The notes under the pieces were generated by a model. That model had not been told where the DNA came from, did no database searches, and was given only the letters and a program-made list of their open reading frames with translations. A stretch of 64,000 nt of DNA from Balanoglossus misakiensis (lineage: Eukaryota; Animalia; Hemichordata): NCBI GenBank assembly GCA_040954595.2, contig CM082576.2:17345028-17409027 (forward strand). The letters run 5' to 3'. Positions 13,041-24,700 of the stretch are shown here, in pieces (position 1 is the stretch's first letter; the number at the start of each line of letters is the position of its first letter). The position numbers and the translations under genes were made by a program.

Positions 13041-13162
13041 CTAACCAAACGAGATGCACACTTTTACTTTAACCCTAACTCTAATGTTAGAGCAGCCCCC
13101 GAGTCCACATGTCCATTTCCATTCAAACTTCCATTCAAACCCCCATGAAAGACAAAATCTCA
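13041..13162 (-). CDS. BRICHOS gene terminal exon encoding the putative mature beta-hairpin peptide
   Basis: Strong acceptor ttttctctttctctctttcag. Phase 1 matches the GAT G|gtgcgt donor at 13782. Open to the TAG at 13041. Confidence 0.78.
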
Positions 13163-15395
13163 CTGAAAGAGAGAAAGAGAAAACATTGGTTACAATATTT
13201 TAGGTTATCACATAGTATATACCATCATCAACAGTTGGGTTTTAAAGAAATTCATGGAGGCTGTCTGTACTGACCCCTCCCGGAGGTGGGGAGCAATATC
13301 AGTGTCGTCCTACATAGTGCTGCAAAACTACATTTAGGTTTTAAAGGCAATAGATCGTCTCACGCGCATGCGTATAGCCAGCAAATGTTCAGCAAATTTT
13401 CCGTTCGATGCATTCAAATAGTGGACTGCCTTCGCTTCCTTCCATATTTCATGTGCACCGTATAAGTAGATTATGGTGTTGTCCCTCCTTTTCACCCAAG
13501 CTGGTGTCTTTTCACGATCTCCGACACAGGTTATGGTCGCCGCCATCTTGTCTGTTGTTAGGACAGAGCACTGCCTTATGGGATTGACTGTTCACTAAAC
13601 GTCTGTAACCAGCGGCTACAGTTGGAACATGCGTGTGAGACGAGCCAGGCGCTTTTATTGCCAAAAAAACTTCCAGAAATTACTTGTCCATACAAGTTCT
13701 TTTGCGTAATTTACCCATCTTTCCTCGGACTTGAGGATCATGACCCTTTGTATCAAGAAATACAGTCAAAATGTTTACGCACCATCCCTTGACAGACCAG
13801 CTATTCCTTTCTGCAAATCGCATGGAGCTCCATCACATGTCGTTTCCTCTTCAGTGGTGACAGTCCAGTACGTTGTCTTGTCTGCGCAATGCTTGGCAAT
13901 CACGGTAGACACAGATGCTACATCTTCAATGGGGTCTCCCTCAATTGCCGTCTTCTGCATGTCAACAATGTCGATGTCATCTTGCGCTTTCACCTGCGAC
14001 CAAAATGAACATTTCCGTATGTATATGTAGTCATATCTAGCAGCGACTACAGATAACTGTACACGGTGGGATGACAATGGCGCTTGAAATATTTTATATG
14101 GATCTTAAAGGTCCATTATCTTTAACTGTTTATTTTTATTGTCAACCATAGTTTCTTCTGGGGCAGGGTTAAAGGCGCAGTGCTTATATTTTCAACATAG
14201 CCCCTGTGTGCACAACAAACATGATTGTTACAATAATTGTCCGGACTCAAAAATACCAATGATCGGTACACATACACACGACTTGTTCTCAAGCAGAATC
14301 ATCGGTGTGTTAGGATAATAAAGGGAACAGGACAAGAAAATGTAGCCTGCACAGAAGTTACAGATAATGGCCCTTTAAACTTTAGATATTATTACGAATT
14401 CGCTAAATGTAGAACATACCCCTTGTGATTCCAGGTCCTCTTTAAGATCCACTGGACTGACTTCTGTGTTAGCATCGTATGTAGACAGGTAACAAATGGA
14501 CTTTTGCTCATCGACAAAAGCGTCCAATTTCTGTTGACAAAAAGAGCAGATTGAAAGTTTTCCTTGGTCAGTACAATATTTTGTTGGAACCGACGACCAC
14601 GGTAATACTAAAAATATAAATTTAAATAAACTTTTCGGCAAAACAGATTGATGTGTAGATAATTTGTCTGATGAACATTGTCTAACTGCGAAGAGACGTT
14701 TCTCACTGTCTATTTGATTCACATTCCCCCATATATGTTGTGGGAGTGAAATGGTTGCGCTAAATAAACTAAGCTCTGGTTGCTTTCGAGTTTATCACGC
14801 ACATGTACTGACCTTATTGACATCGCGTACAGTGTACGCTGCATCCAGTCCAACATTTGGCTCAGACCCATCTTCTGCCACCGAGAAACCGGTCTTATAG
14901 ATCTCTTCTCCCTTTTGCACGTTGACTTCGACCAATCCGTCATAGATCTCGTCACCATGCTTGATCTTGACAGAGTATTTCTGCGGGATACAACAAGATG
15001 GTTCTTTCATCGGTTTTCCGTCCATTCGACAACGTGCATGGTATGAATTTTCAATAGTCGTTGTTCAAAGCGTCGCACACAAATGACAGAAACCACGAAA
15101 TGGTTGGGCCCCATGAGAACTTGAGAGACTGGGAAAAACATCTGAACGGCATCTACTTTTATGTGGTATTTTTTACTACAAAGCCCATCGTGACTAGCAA
15201 TTGACGAATGAGAACACAGTCTGCGGATGACTTGGGTTACAATGTGAAATGAACCTTTAATGTAGTACTGATTCAACCATTTATCGTTTGACCAATGTAC
15301 CTCTGGTTATTAAGAACAAGAACTTTCGTAGACTATACCTGGGCATGGCCGAGTGAGGCAAGCGACAGCAATACCAAAATGAGTCGAAAATCCAT
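13041..15395 (-). CDS. Secreted BRICHOS-domain precursor (222 aa) with a C-terminal Cys-bridged beta-hairpin peptide
   Basis: Five exons with canonical GT-AG sites and matching phases: 15395-15339, 14980-14813, 14530-14420, 13993-13783, 13162-13041 (669 nt). Signal peptide MDFRLILVLLSLASLGHAQ; BRICHOS-like pattern (TVRDVNKKL..SICYL..SPVDL..DPIEDVASVSTVIAKHCADKTTYW); tail RDVR|FCLSWGFEWKFEWKWTCGLGGCSNIRVRVKVKVCISFG*. Confidence 0.82.
13341..13657. mobile_element. TTAA-flanked non-autonomous element, family B (Kolobok-like), with mini-ORF remnant
   Basis: Homologous to 47576-47910 and 61939-62273. TIR core tcgtctcacgcgcatg / catgcgtgtgagacga. Confidence 0.7.
14105..14378. mobile_element. TTAA-flanked MITE (Kolobok-like) in a BRICHOS gene intron
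   Basis: ttaa|aggtccattatctttaact ... agttacagataatggccct|ttaa. Confidence 0.7.
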
Positions 15396-15953
15396 ACTGA
15401 TGAGAAGCCTCGAGCAAAATCGGAATCTGGAAATATGAAAAACAAATCGTAAAATGTGGGACATGTCTTTAGCCATTGTGGCGCTTATTTTTTGGTTTGA
15501 TTCTAAAAGAATATTTGATTTTCACTGGAATTCGTTTTCGCTGAAAACACTAGAAACATTTTTGAATATGGCTGAGAATTTATTTTCACTATTTCTTGTC
15601 AAAGAATAAGAAATAAGAATTTTTACTGGGATTTTATTTTAGCGGAAAAAATGAGTCCAGCGAAAAAAAGTGAAAATAAAGTCCTAGTGAAATTTAAGTA
15701 ATCTACGTAACAGTATATACGGTCACGTGTCAGACGAGAGCGTTTTCCAAATCTTAGCACAATTTAACCCCAGACTATACCGCACGCGTCCTACTAATCG
15801 ATTTCAAAGCGACGGCGTTGGCAAATTTTGCAGAGGTCTGAAACCTGTGACTCATACTTGTAAATATGGAGGCATATACAATTTGGAAGAACCTACGACA
15901 GCGTGAACACTGTAAGTAATAAGGGAGCCATGCATAGACGCGTTGCCACTTAC

Positions 15954-16040
15954 CTCGATGTCTGTGTATTCAGTTCCGGCACACCGAACGATTTGCGGGA
16001 GAATGGTGCTGAAACGTTACGAATGTACCAGTTATATACT
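15954..16040 (-). promoter_or_regulatory. Putative TATA box and non-coding first exon of the BRICHOS gene
   Basis: Minus-strand TATATAA at 16038-16032, then a ~55-nt exon ending gag|gtaagt (15953). Acceptor ttttcatatttccag at ~15427, 31 nt before the ATG. Confidence 0.5.
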
Positions 16041-16385
16041 TTTTTGCGATGCCCAAAAGCGACTCAAATTGCTAGCTGAAAGTGGACATTTCATCAAAAT
16101 TTATTATTGGCTTATGGTGTTCACCCCCGATGGGGTCCGCCTTTCCCATAGCAGGCGATATTGATAAACGTCCATGTTACATACTTCGTAGGGTTGAATT
16201 ATGTGAAATATATTTGCATTTCGCCCTACTGCTACGAAAAACAATCTTTGGGGCTATAAGCAAATGTTACGGGGTAAGTTATGTATTTGCAAGTCAATAG
16301 CTTATTCGTCCGGAAAATAAAAAAGAAATGTTCCTACGCTTTCCTTAAGTTAACAGACGAACAGCTTTTATATTGGAAAGACCAT

Positions 16386-16740
16386 TTAAAGGGACAAAGT
16401 CTCTCTCCAGCTGCCCCTTTTCCATTAATTATGTTTGATACAAGACACCATTTATGTTAATGTAAATGTGGATATATAGTGAATCAATGATCAACCACAC
16501 AAAACTTCCATCCCACTTGTATGATATGAGAGTAAAAACTCACTCAAAATGAATAAATGGTAAAGAACGATTATTCATTTTGGCGATTTTTTTCACTCTC
16601 CTGTCTATAAGAGGGATGGAAGTTGCGTGTGGTTGAATGTTCATTCACTATATATCCACATGTAGAATAACAAACGGTGTCTTGTATCAAATATAATTAA
16701 TGGAAAAAAGGGCAGCGAGAGAGAGACTTTGTCCCTTTAA
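16386..16740. mobile_element. Palindromic ~355-bp MITE, family A (TTAA target, AG..CT ends, Kolobok-like)
   Basis: ttaa|agggacaaagtctctct..agagactttgtccct|ttaa. The whole element is a near-perfect inverted repeat. Confidence 0.9.
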
Positions 16741-18962
16741 TTGAAAACTTTTACAACAACCAGCCTGATCGAAGACGTATGGTAGCAGTTTACTGCAAGT
16801 ACTTTAGCTCGGGGTTTTGCCTGGTATTGTGTGTTGACACCAAAACCATCTCACCAAATATTGAGATATTTTAATTTAAGCAGTTTAGGAGCAAAATTGG
16901 AATTCGGAAGGCGAATCGGCAGGGAAATGAAAGTCTGATATCCCCACGCAGAAAAAAAGTCCCCGGGCGCCCGAACAGAATCGCGTTCAATTATGCACGA
17001 AGGACCTGTAGCTCTGGTTTTCAGACAAAGACTGTTCAGATCAAATGCCATGAGGCTGATGAGGCACCATACCTGATACATATTACGTGTCTGGCGGTTC
17101 TAAAGTAAAAACATACTCGGAAAACCTTTACCTGGATGTCGAAATATTGCTTGCCCGTCATCTGAAAATGACAACGCCGTGGGTCACATGGCCAGATCAC
17201 GTTATTGATAGTATAGAATTGCTTCCGTGACGATTGATTTATGAAAGCTCGTGTATTGCTCAGCCTGGAACCGTTAGTTTTCGTTGCACATTTTGAGCAC
17301 ACCCACGCTAAATAGCCACACGTCATTCTAACACACACGGTGTCTTGTGTTGAGGTTAACATTTGCCTGAATTATGAAAGAAAATCCATCAATAGTGAAT
17401 CCACATTTCAATGTTCACTCATCCGCTCGGTAAATTTAATCGTATATCACAAAAAAGGAGGAAAAGCACAGGATACTGATAGGGGTCGATGGAACAGTTT
17501 TTGACAATGGTAGTTAGATTCTCTTGGATATTTTATGCCGACAATATATGCACAGGTTTCGGATTGAATTTTTTATCGAAAAATTGAAACGACCATTGGT
17601 ATTTGACGATATAGGAAGTTCACAAAAAAGAACATTCAATTGATATCTAGGTCTTTGGTGTGACAAAATAATATGACCAGAGCCTCTCTCGCTCGCGATT
17701 AAAAATGTATTGTCACGACCTCCACCATATGGGGCTGAGCCAATATACACACACCTTGTTAAGTCAATGTTCCCGACCAGGAATTCACAATTTGGTTGAG
17801 TTTATTACATATTCACGAATCGTAGACGAAAATGTGCATTTCAGGAAAGAGAATACTTCAAACATGGTCTCACCCAACCTCATTTCTTTACACCAACGAA
17901 GATACTTTGTATATCGTTTTGATATAGGATTAGGACCATGAAACTGAAATTTCTTGGCCCAACAGCGCCCTCAACCTTATTGTTCACAATCATGCAAAAA
18001 TCATGCGTGATTGATGACGTATTTATAACGATAATGATATGCATGATTAATTATCCCATAATCCTGTGTCTAGTGAGCTGATGCGACTGGTTACCATCCC
18101 GCCATTCTCAGGATGAGATGTGTCTCTATGATATTGACGGGCATCGAAATCTCGCTGTGCTGACGTCATCATTCTAGCAATTCTGTAGAATACATGAAAA
18201 CATGTATATAGAGCCTGTGTGTATGCATGCATGCATGATGTGTGTATCTATATTGCAGTTCGCCTGCAGTAGGCCTAATGTTTTAATGGACACAGACAGT
18301 TTGCAGACTCATTACAATATTCTCAGTCACATATTTTCACTTCGTTATGTAGTAGAGGCAAATCATCCACATCATGCATGTGAGTTACTCTTGAAATTAC
18401 ATGGAAAATGTGTGTTGGTACAATATCCATTTAAATAGTGACTTACTTCATTGCTTTGCACTTTATTGATGTTGATGAATGAATTCAAGCACGGACTAGG
18501 ATTCAGATTAAGACCCCAAATGAAAAGGTTCAAATATGGCCTCATTTAGTCAAACCGAAGTTTGTGAGAGAATGATTTTAAAATGGTTATAATATTTTCA
18601 CCCAGCGCCCTCGCTGTCGCACTCTGGCACGGGACTTCTAAACTGAAATTCACACAAGAAAAAAATCATCCTAATAAAGGTCATCGCAAATGCTGAAACA
18701 AACATGGCGTAGAGTGTGTGCCCATGGATTGAGAGTACTGAGTGTGAACATCTTGGATGCATGCTCTCGAACGATTCGATTCTGGAACGACAATTTGAAA
18801 GCAGGTGTTTTTTTGCGTTGTTAGTCTTTTATTATTGTAAAGTGGTCAAACACATTAAATCAATAGCTTGGACGATCTCCGGGTTACACGTCATATGAGT
18901 GCTTACGCGAGTTCCGAGGCCAAGCGATCACATAAAGAATAGGCCCAAAGGTTAATATCTTA

Positions 18963-19769
18963 GGCTGCATTCACAAACACCTCTAGAGGGGGGGGGGCGG
19001 GAGAATTGAGGGGGGGGATTTGAAAAAATTGAGGGTATGTAAGGGGGGGGATTTGAAATAATTTAGGGACTGAAAGGGGGGGACTTGAAAACTTTAACGA
19101 CTAAATATTTATTTTGAGTCCACAAAAATGCAGTTTCGCGCCCTTTATTTTACAAAATTTTCTAATGTGGGAGGGGGACACCCCCTCCCACACCCACCCC
19201 CTCCATTCATCAACACCTTTCAATCATTGACTGGTTTATCTAGTGTCCCAGATCAGGGGACTTGCCCCACCCCATGATAACTTTGAGCGGCCACGGTTAA
19301 ATTTGTCCTCCCCAACATACCGGTAGTTGAGTTAATTTGCTTTTGCCGGGTTCATTAAAATGCAACTTTGAGCTCTGTATTTTAGAAAATTTTCTTACGT
19401 GGGAGGGGGGACACCCCCTCCCAAACCCACCCCCTTCAATTCTCGGTTTACAATGTCTCCCAACACAGAATACAAATATATGTACTTAAAAAATAAAAAC
19501 AATGTTCAGTTTTAATACCCACTGATGAGGGGAAACATCAGCTTCAAATTCTTTTAATGGGAGCGCTGTTTTTCTTTTTACAAGATAGATAGGTGATGTG
19601 TTTTGCTCTGTGAAAGAAAATGGGGGGGGGGGTTTCAAAATTTTGGCAGTTCGGAAGGGGGGGGGGATTTGAAAATATTGGCAGTTCGGAAGGGGGGCGT
19701 GTGAAAATTAGCGGTAAAAAAAATTGAATTCTCCCGCCCCCCCCTCCAGAGGTGTTTGTGAATGCAGCC
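18963..19769. mobile_element. PIF/Harbinger-like MITE upstream of TGF-beta
   Basis: TIR ggctgcattcacaaacacctct.gagggggg / cccctccagaggtgtttgtgaatgcagcc; TTA target duplication; G-rich subterminal repeats. Confidence 0.8.
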
Positions 19770-20040
19770 TTAATAAAACCAATTTGGTGTAGAATTACGT
19801 GAGTACGAAACTTCTATGTTGCCCAAAAACCAGCTGTAACACCAATAAGTTTATCAAGTGATGGTTATTGGGGAAACTATTTTGCAAAAAATCGGCCGAA
19901 ATTTGAACAAAAAAGTGACGTGGTCGAAGTAGAAAATAAATTTATATATATGCCGAAAGGAATAGACAGTCGTCGATTACATGTTAATCTCTGGGATTAA
20001 CGCGACACAGATGGACAGTGGATGAACCACCATCCATCTT

Positions 20041-20119
20041 AGCTGTACCGTTGGGGGGGGGGGGGGCTGATTACCCCCACGGACATCAGCCGCCCCCCCC
20101 CCCCCCCATCGGTACAGCT
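20041..20119. repeat. Short G/C-run hairpin (mini inverted repeat)
   Basis: agctgtaccg(t)tg-polyG..ctgat / atcag..polyC-atcggtacagct. Confidence 0.65.
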
Positions 20120-21111
20120 GCGTACCACAGCTACATCCATCTGGGTATCGCATTCGATGATCCCGGAGATTTACATGTAATCCATTACTGCCTATTCCTA
20201 TGGTTATATATTATAATTTATTTTCTATCTTTTCTTTTTCTTTTTAAGGAAGTTCGTCATATTTGCTTCAGCATGGTGGTCCGAACAAGTCGATATGAGT
20301 GACGAACAGTGGAGTTGATTCTCGTCTCCAGGCTGGTGTCCATGGACCAACCCTTCCATTGGTGATGGGCCTAGGCCTATATGTCACACTTGTCAACCAT
20401 TCTTAAAACTGGCAGTCGCCCCGGCATTTTTGGCCCACGTCCCGCCTCACACGAGTCACAGTGCTAAAAGCGAGACACACATTCTTAACATCAAATTCAT
20501 TACTTTTAACGAGCTCCAACTTCCAAGCACGTTCGTCATGGACACAGCGTCAATGTCATATAGAACACAGAACGCGATGGGTCCCATGGGTCCCTCTCTG
20601 CATGCTCTGCTGCCCGCAAGGAAGCTTGATGATGGGCAGGAAGCTATGGCGTCAGAATCTTGGTTCCGCCACATCATGCATATATATACGTCAACGTCAG
20701 CCGCACCACCCTTTCGTGGCCCGTTTCCGTGAAGTATATACAGGTTTCGACGTCCGCCTTCTGCCAAGAAACCATATATAGCGAAATGATATTTTTAAAA
20801 GTCGACTGGTGTCATCCCCTCTGTAATTTAAGTTATGCTTTCTTGGCGCACTCCATTATCTGAGTGGGAAGTACGTAGTGGCACGAAGAGGGACGAACGT
20901 GAAAAAGTTCCATCACACTGCATGGACAGCTTGTAGATCAGAAATATCGAAATAGTTATACTTAAGATGATTCACGCATAAAAAGGAAATATTTACACTT
21001 TATAGTCAACGGTAGCTATTTTGTAGAAGCAACACTGTTTGTAACCTCAGACACTTACACGACAACGTAAACTTGTCCCCTTGCCGATTTCTGAGTAGTC
21101 ATACCCTAATT

Positions 21112-21119
21112 TGACGTCA
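21112..21119. promoter_or_regulatory. Perfect CRE/ATF palindrome 5' of the TGF-beta ATG
   Basis: TGACGTCA ~230 nt upstream of the start codon in a CpG-rich region. Function is unproven. Confidence 0.3.
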
Positions 21120-21347
21120 GACAGTTTAACTCCCACTTTGTACGTACACTGGTTGAGTCGTAAGGGGAGTGTTCCTTTTGACAGAATATGTCATGTACAT
21201 CATTCTGGACCATATATAAACACTGGAAGACGGCACAGTTTGTACATAGCTCAGGTCGTATGTATTTTGCTGGGATAGCGGAATCGACGATTGTAGCAAG
21301 ATTTCTCTAAAGTCTAACTCCACACATCACTACAGCTACACCAAAAG

Positions 21348-21702
21348 ATGGCTTCTCATCTCAAAACTGTAACAGGAATGTTACTTCTTCTTTCGCTGTC
21401 TCTACACGTCAGTAACACCAATGCTTCGGAGTGCAATGTCGATTTTGACCAGTATCGGACCAAACGCATCAACGCCATACGAGGACAAATTCTGAGCAAA
21501 CTCGGGCTGGACAAACCACCAGAAGGCGAAGTTCCAGCCACCGTCCCAGACGATGTCATGGCCCTGTACAACCACACAGTAGCTCTGCTCAAACAACAGC
21601 AAAGAGATCAAAAAGATGAATGTAGAAAGAACGAAGACGAAGACGATTATTATGCCACCGAAGTGACGAGGTGTGAGTCCGTGGAAGACTGGCCCCTTGA
21701 AG
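21348..21702 (+). CDS. TGFB: TGF-beta exon 1 (signal peptide, latency lasso)
   Basis: ATG at 21348; donor GAA G|gtaatt. Confidence 0.93.
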
Positions 21703-24700
21703 GTAATTCATACTTCGTAGTACTGAACATGTAGGTCTTTTTAGATAAGCTTATCTTCCAACATTGAGTAACGTAACTTAGAATAGATTGTTAGATTTAG
21801 ATACGGTTATACCACTAAACTGTGTGTCGATTCAGAAACGTGCTGCGAAATACATAGACTCATACAACTGTGTGCAAAGACATTTCAACATTAGGCCTTA
21901 TATATGCAATGGGCAAAATGGCTACAGAATCTGTTGTGCCCAGCCTGCTACATAAACTTTTTGATGCTTTATAGGGGTAGGGTACTGCTGACAATTGTAT
22001 ATTTGCTGCCTCCGATGCGGCCTCCCAACTCGCCACTCCTGCCATGGTCGGCGGTCGGCACAGACATATTACCGGATACTCTCACCATACATTACTACTT
22101 CTAATACTATTTAGGGCCTAGCGCTTGAGGTCACGCATCGCGTTTAAGGTTAGGCCGAGACTCAAAAAGTTATATTTGTTAAAAAGTATAAAACAAAGTC
22201 ACCACGAAGGATTCGAGTTTCTCCTCCTGTAAGGATGTGTTGCTGAGATAAACTTCTGTTTTTATTGGGTCATTAGTTTCAAACGTAGTACAAGGGTAGG
22301 ATAGAAAGTGAAGTGGAGAATGAAAAACGGACTGTTGACTACCGAACACTAAGAAATGACCAGAAAAATCCCATAGTTCACCATGCGCAGCACTGAATCC
22401 CACATTTGACTCTGCAAAACCTAGTTTACCTACAAAATGGCATAAAATGGCCACATGGGGGCGCTATAGCCAAAAACTTATCGCTCTCTGTAACTACTTT
22501 TCATTTGAAAAAAAAATTGATGAGACATTTTTGCTGAACATTTTCAACTGAAATTAAATGTAGTAATACCGAGCGCAATAATTTTTTGGTCAACAACGTC
22601 CTCAAGTGGCCATGTGATGCCATTTTGGTGGTCAACTGTGTGTTTCCCCAGAGTCAAATGTGGGATCCAGTGGGGAACTCTGGGATTTCTCTGGTCAACT
22701 TTTAGTCTCTAGCTGGTGGTCAACAGGCTGTTCCCATTCCTCATTTCACTTTCTATCCTAGTCAATTAGTATATTGGGGTTGATTGCAGACGCATGCATA
22801 CAGAGACATCTACTGCATACATACAACGATGCATGGTTGGGGATGGGAACCAGTGGTAACAGATCACACATCATTGTTTTTGTAAACTTACGCATAGAGA
22901 GGGGTCTGATGCTGCCCAAGCATCATTAAAAATAATCAGTGACGATATCAAAGAATAAATATTTTTTTGTCAGAGGTGCCCCAAACCAGCAAAATGGCAA
23001 TCACGCATTCATGTGACCTCGGGTACACTTCTGATGTTGGCATACTGTAGCATATTAAGAACCTGCGCATGCGTACTGGCCAGCAAGCCAATACACGACC
23101 TCTTTGGGAATATAGGTTGGAGAGAACTGTAAAACAGGGTTCTTACATCTCACAGAACCTGGTCATTCCAGTCTACCTCGCACTGTATAATTCCAGTGAC
23201 AAATGGCCTTAGCCTTTAGTAAAATGGTAAAAATTCCAAGGAAAGCATAAACAGTAGGAAAAGAGATACAGCTGTGGTTCAAGTTTGACATTTTCAACCT
23301 TGATAGATTAGAGGCCACAAAATGCTGTTAATTTACTGAGCAATAACGAAGTGTGGACACAAACCAAATTTTTTTGTCCCAGGGAGGATATTTCGGACCA
23401 GAGTCTAGTTTATAATTTATACAGGATAATAACAAAAGTTTTGGATTTCACTGCGAAATATAAGTGGCCAGAAATGTGTGTATATGTTTTCTCAAAGCAA
23501 TATGACCCCAGACAACATTTGATCTGCATTGAAGTAATAACAGCAGGGGTCAGAGGATTTTATGGCGGAATTTTAACCCCTAGTTGTGTGAAACATACTG
23601 AAAGAGAAATCACAGTTTGTATGATGCTTTTCTGTTGGAACCAACTGTGTATTTGATGTCACAGTTTAACTATTTAGTGGTGAGCTCAGATGTTTTTCCA
23701 CGGCAAATATCTATTATCATGTATAATCCAATAGAATGTAAATTTGGCATTTTTTCAAGAATGTTTTGCTCTGCAGTGAGGCTGTGAAAAGGAAATGTGA
23801 CATTGAACTGGTCTGTGGTGTAAAAGATTAAAGGTTCTCATATAATAGTATTTCATCTGGATAGAGTGAAGCCCTGTTCCTCACAGTTACTGCCAGAAGC
23901 AGGATTAATGAAGTGTGAAAGATTTGATATTGGAGCATTAAAGCCTCTAGAGCTGCCACTTTTTGCATTATTTTCATGATTTTATTTTCTAACTTAGATT
24001 GGTACATTGAAATAAGCTTACTGATAGGTATACATGAACATCTTATCGACACCAGATTGTGACTACTTGTTGCAATTTGATCACGCTATGTATTAAATAG
24101 GTGCCGCACCCATTTAATAAGCCTCTATACAAACAGGATGCAGCTGTCATGGTTTTTGTCGCCAAGAGATTACAAACTGATTGCAAATACGAGTAATATG
24201 GCTTAATGGTGAGGATTTTAGAGGATAGGAAATATATTTGAAGTTTTTTATTGTGGAAAAATATGTGATATTTGGCAGCTCCAGAGGCTTTGAGATATGT
24301 AGTGGGATAAAGTTTGGAAAGGCAAAATAAAATCAACTGAGCTTATAGGCTTTGGGGTGTACATACCAATCTGACACATGAGTTATCAAACCCTAGGGGT
24401 GCCTTTGGTATGACTTTCTAGACAGTAACAAAACTCAACTTCGATAACCCAAGAATGATTTTATGTGCTGTTGATTTGGGTGTGGCAAGACACCTCAAAC
24501 ATGTGACAAAACAGGTGTATTCAGGATTTAGATTTTTTGTGTCAAAAGTACATTTTTCTTAGATATTCAGTGGAATCTGATTGTGTAAAGTACACAGCGA
24601 TTATTTATACTTTAAAGTCCCAATATGAGATGCATTTTCATGGACATTGGAAAATTAATTGAACAAATGATTGAAATACAATGAAGGATTAATTACCCAT

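Noticed and set aside
13775-13782. BRICHOS gene ending at the in-frame TAA after SRDGA
   Set aside because: A GT donor precedes it, and a phase-matched downstream exon with a strong acceptor supplies the beta-rich client region expected of BRICHOS proteins. Kept only as the alternative model.
20430-20863. Overlapping ~100-aa ORFs upstream of TGF-beta
   Set aside because: No recognisable domain or splice pattern; expected by chance in a GC-richer promoter or 5' UTR.
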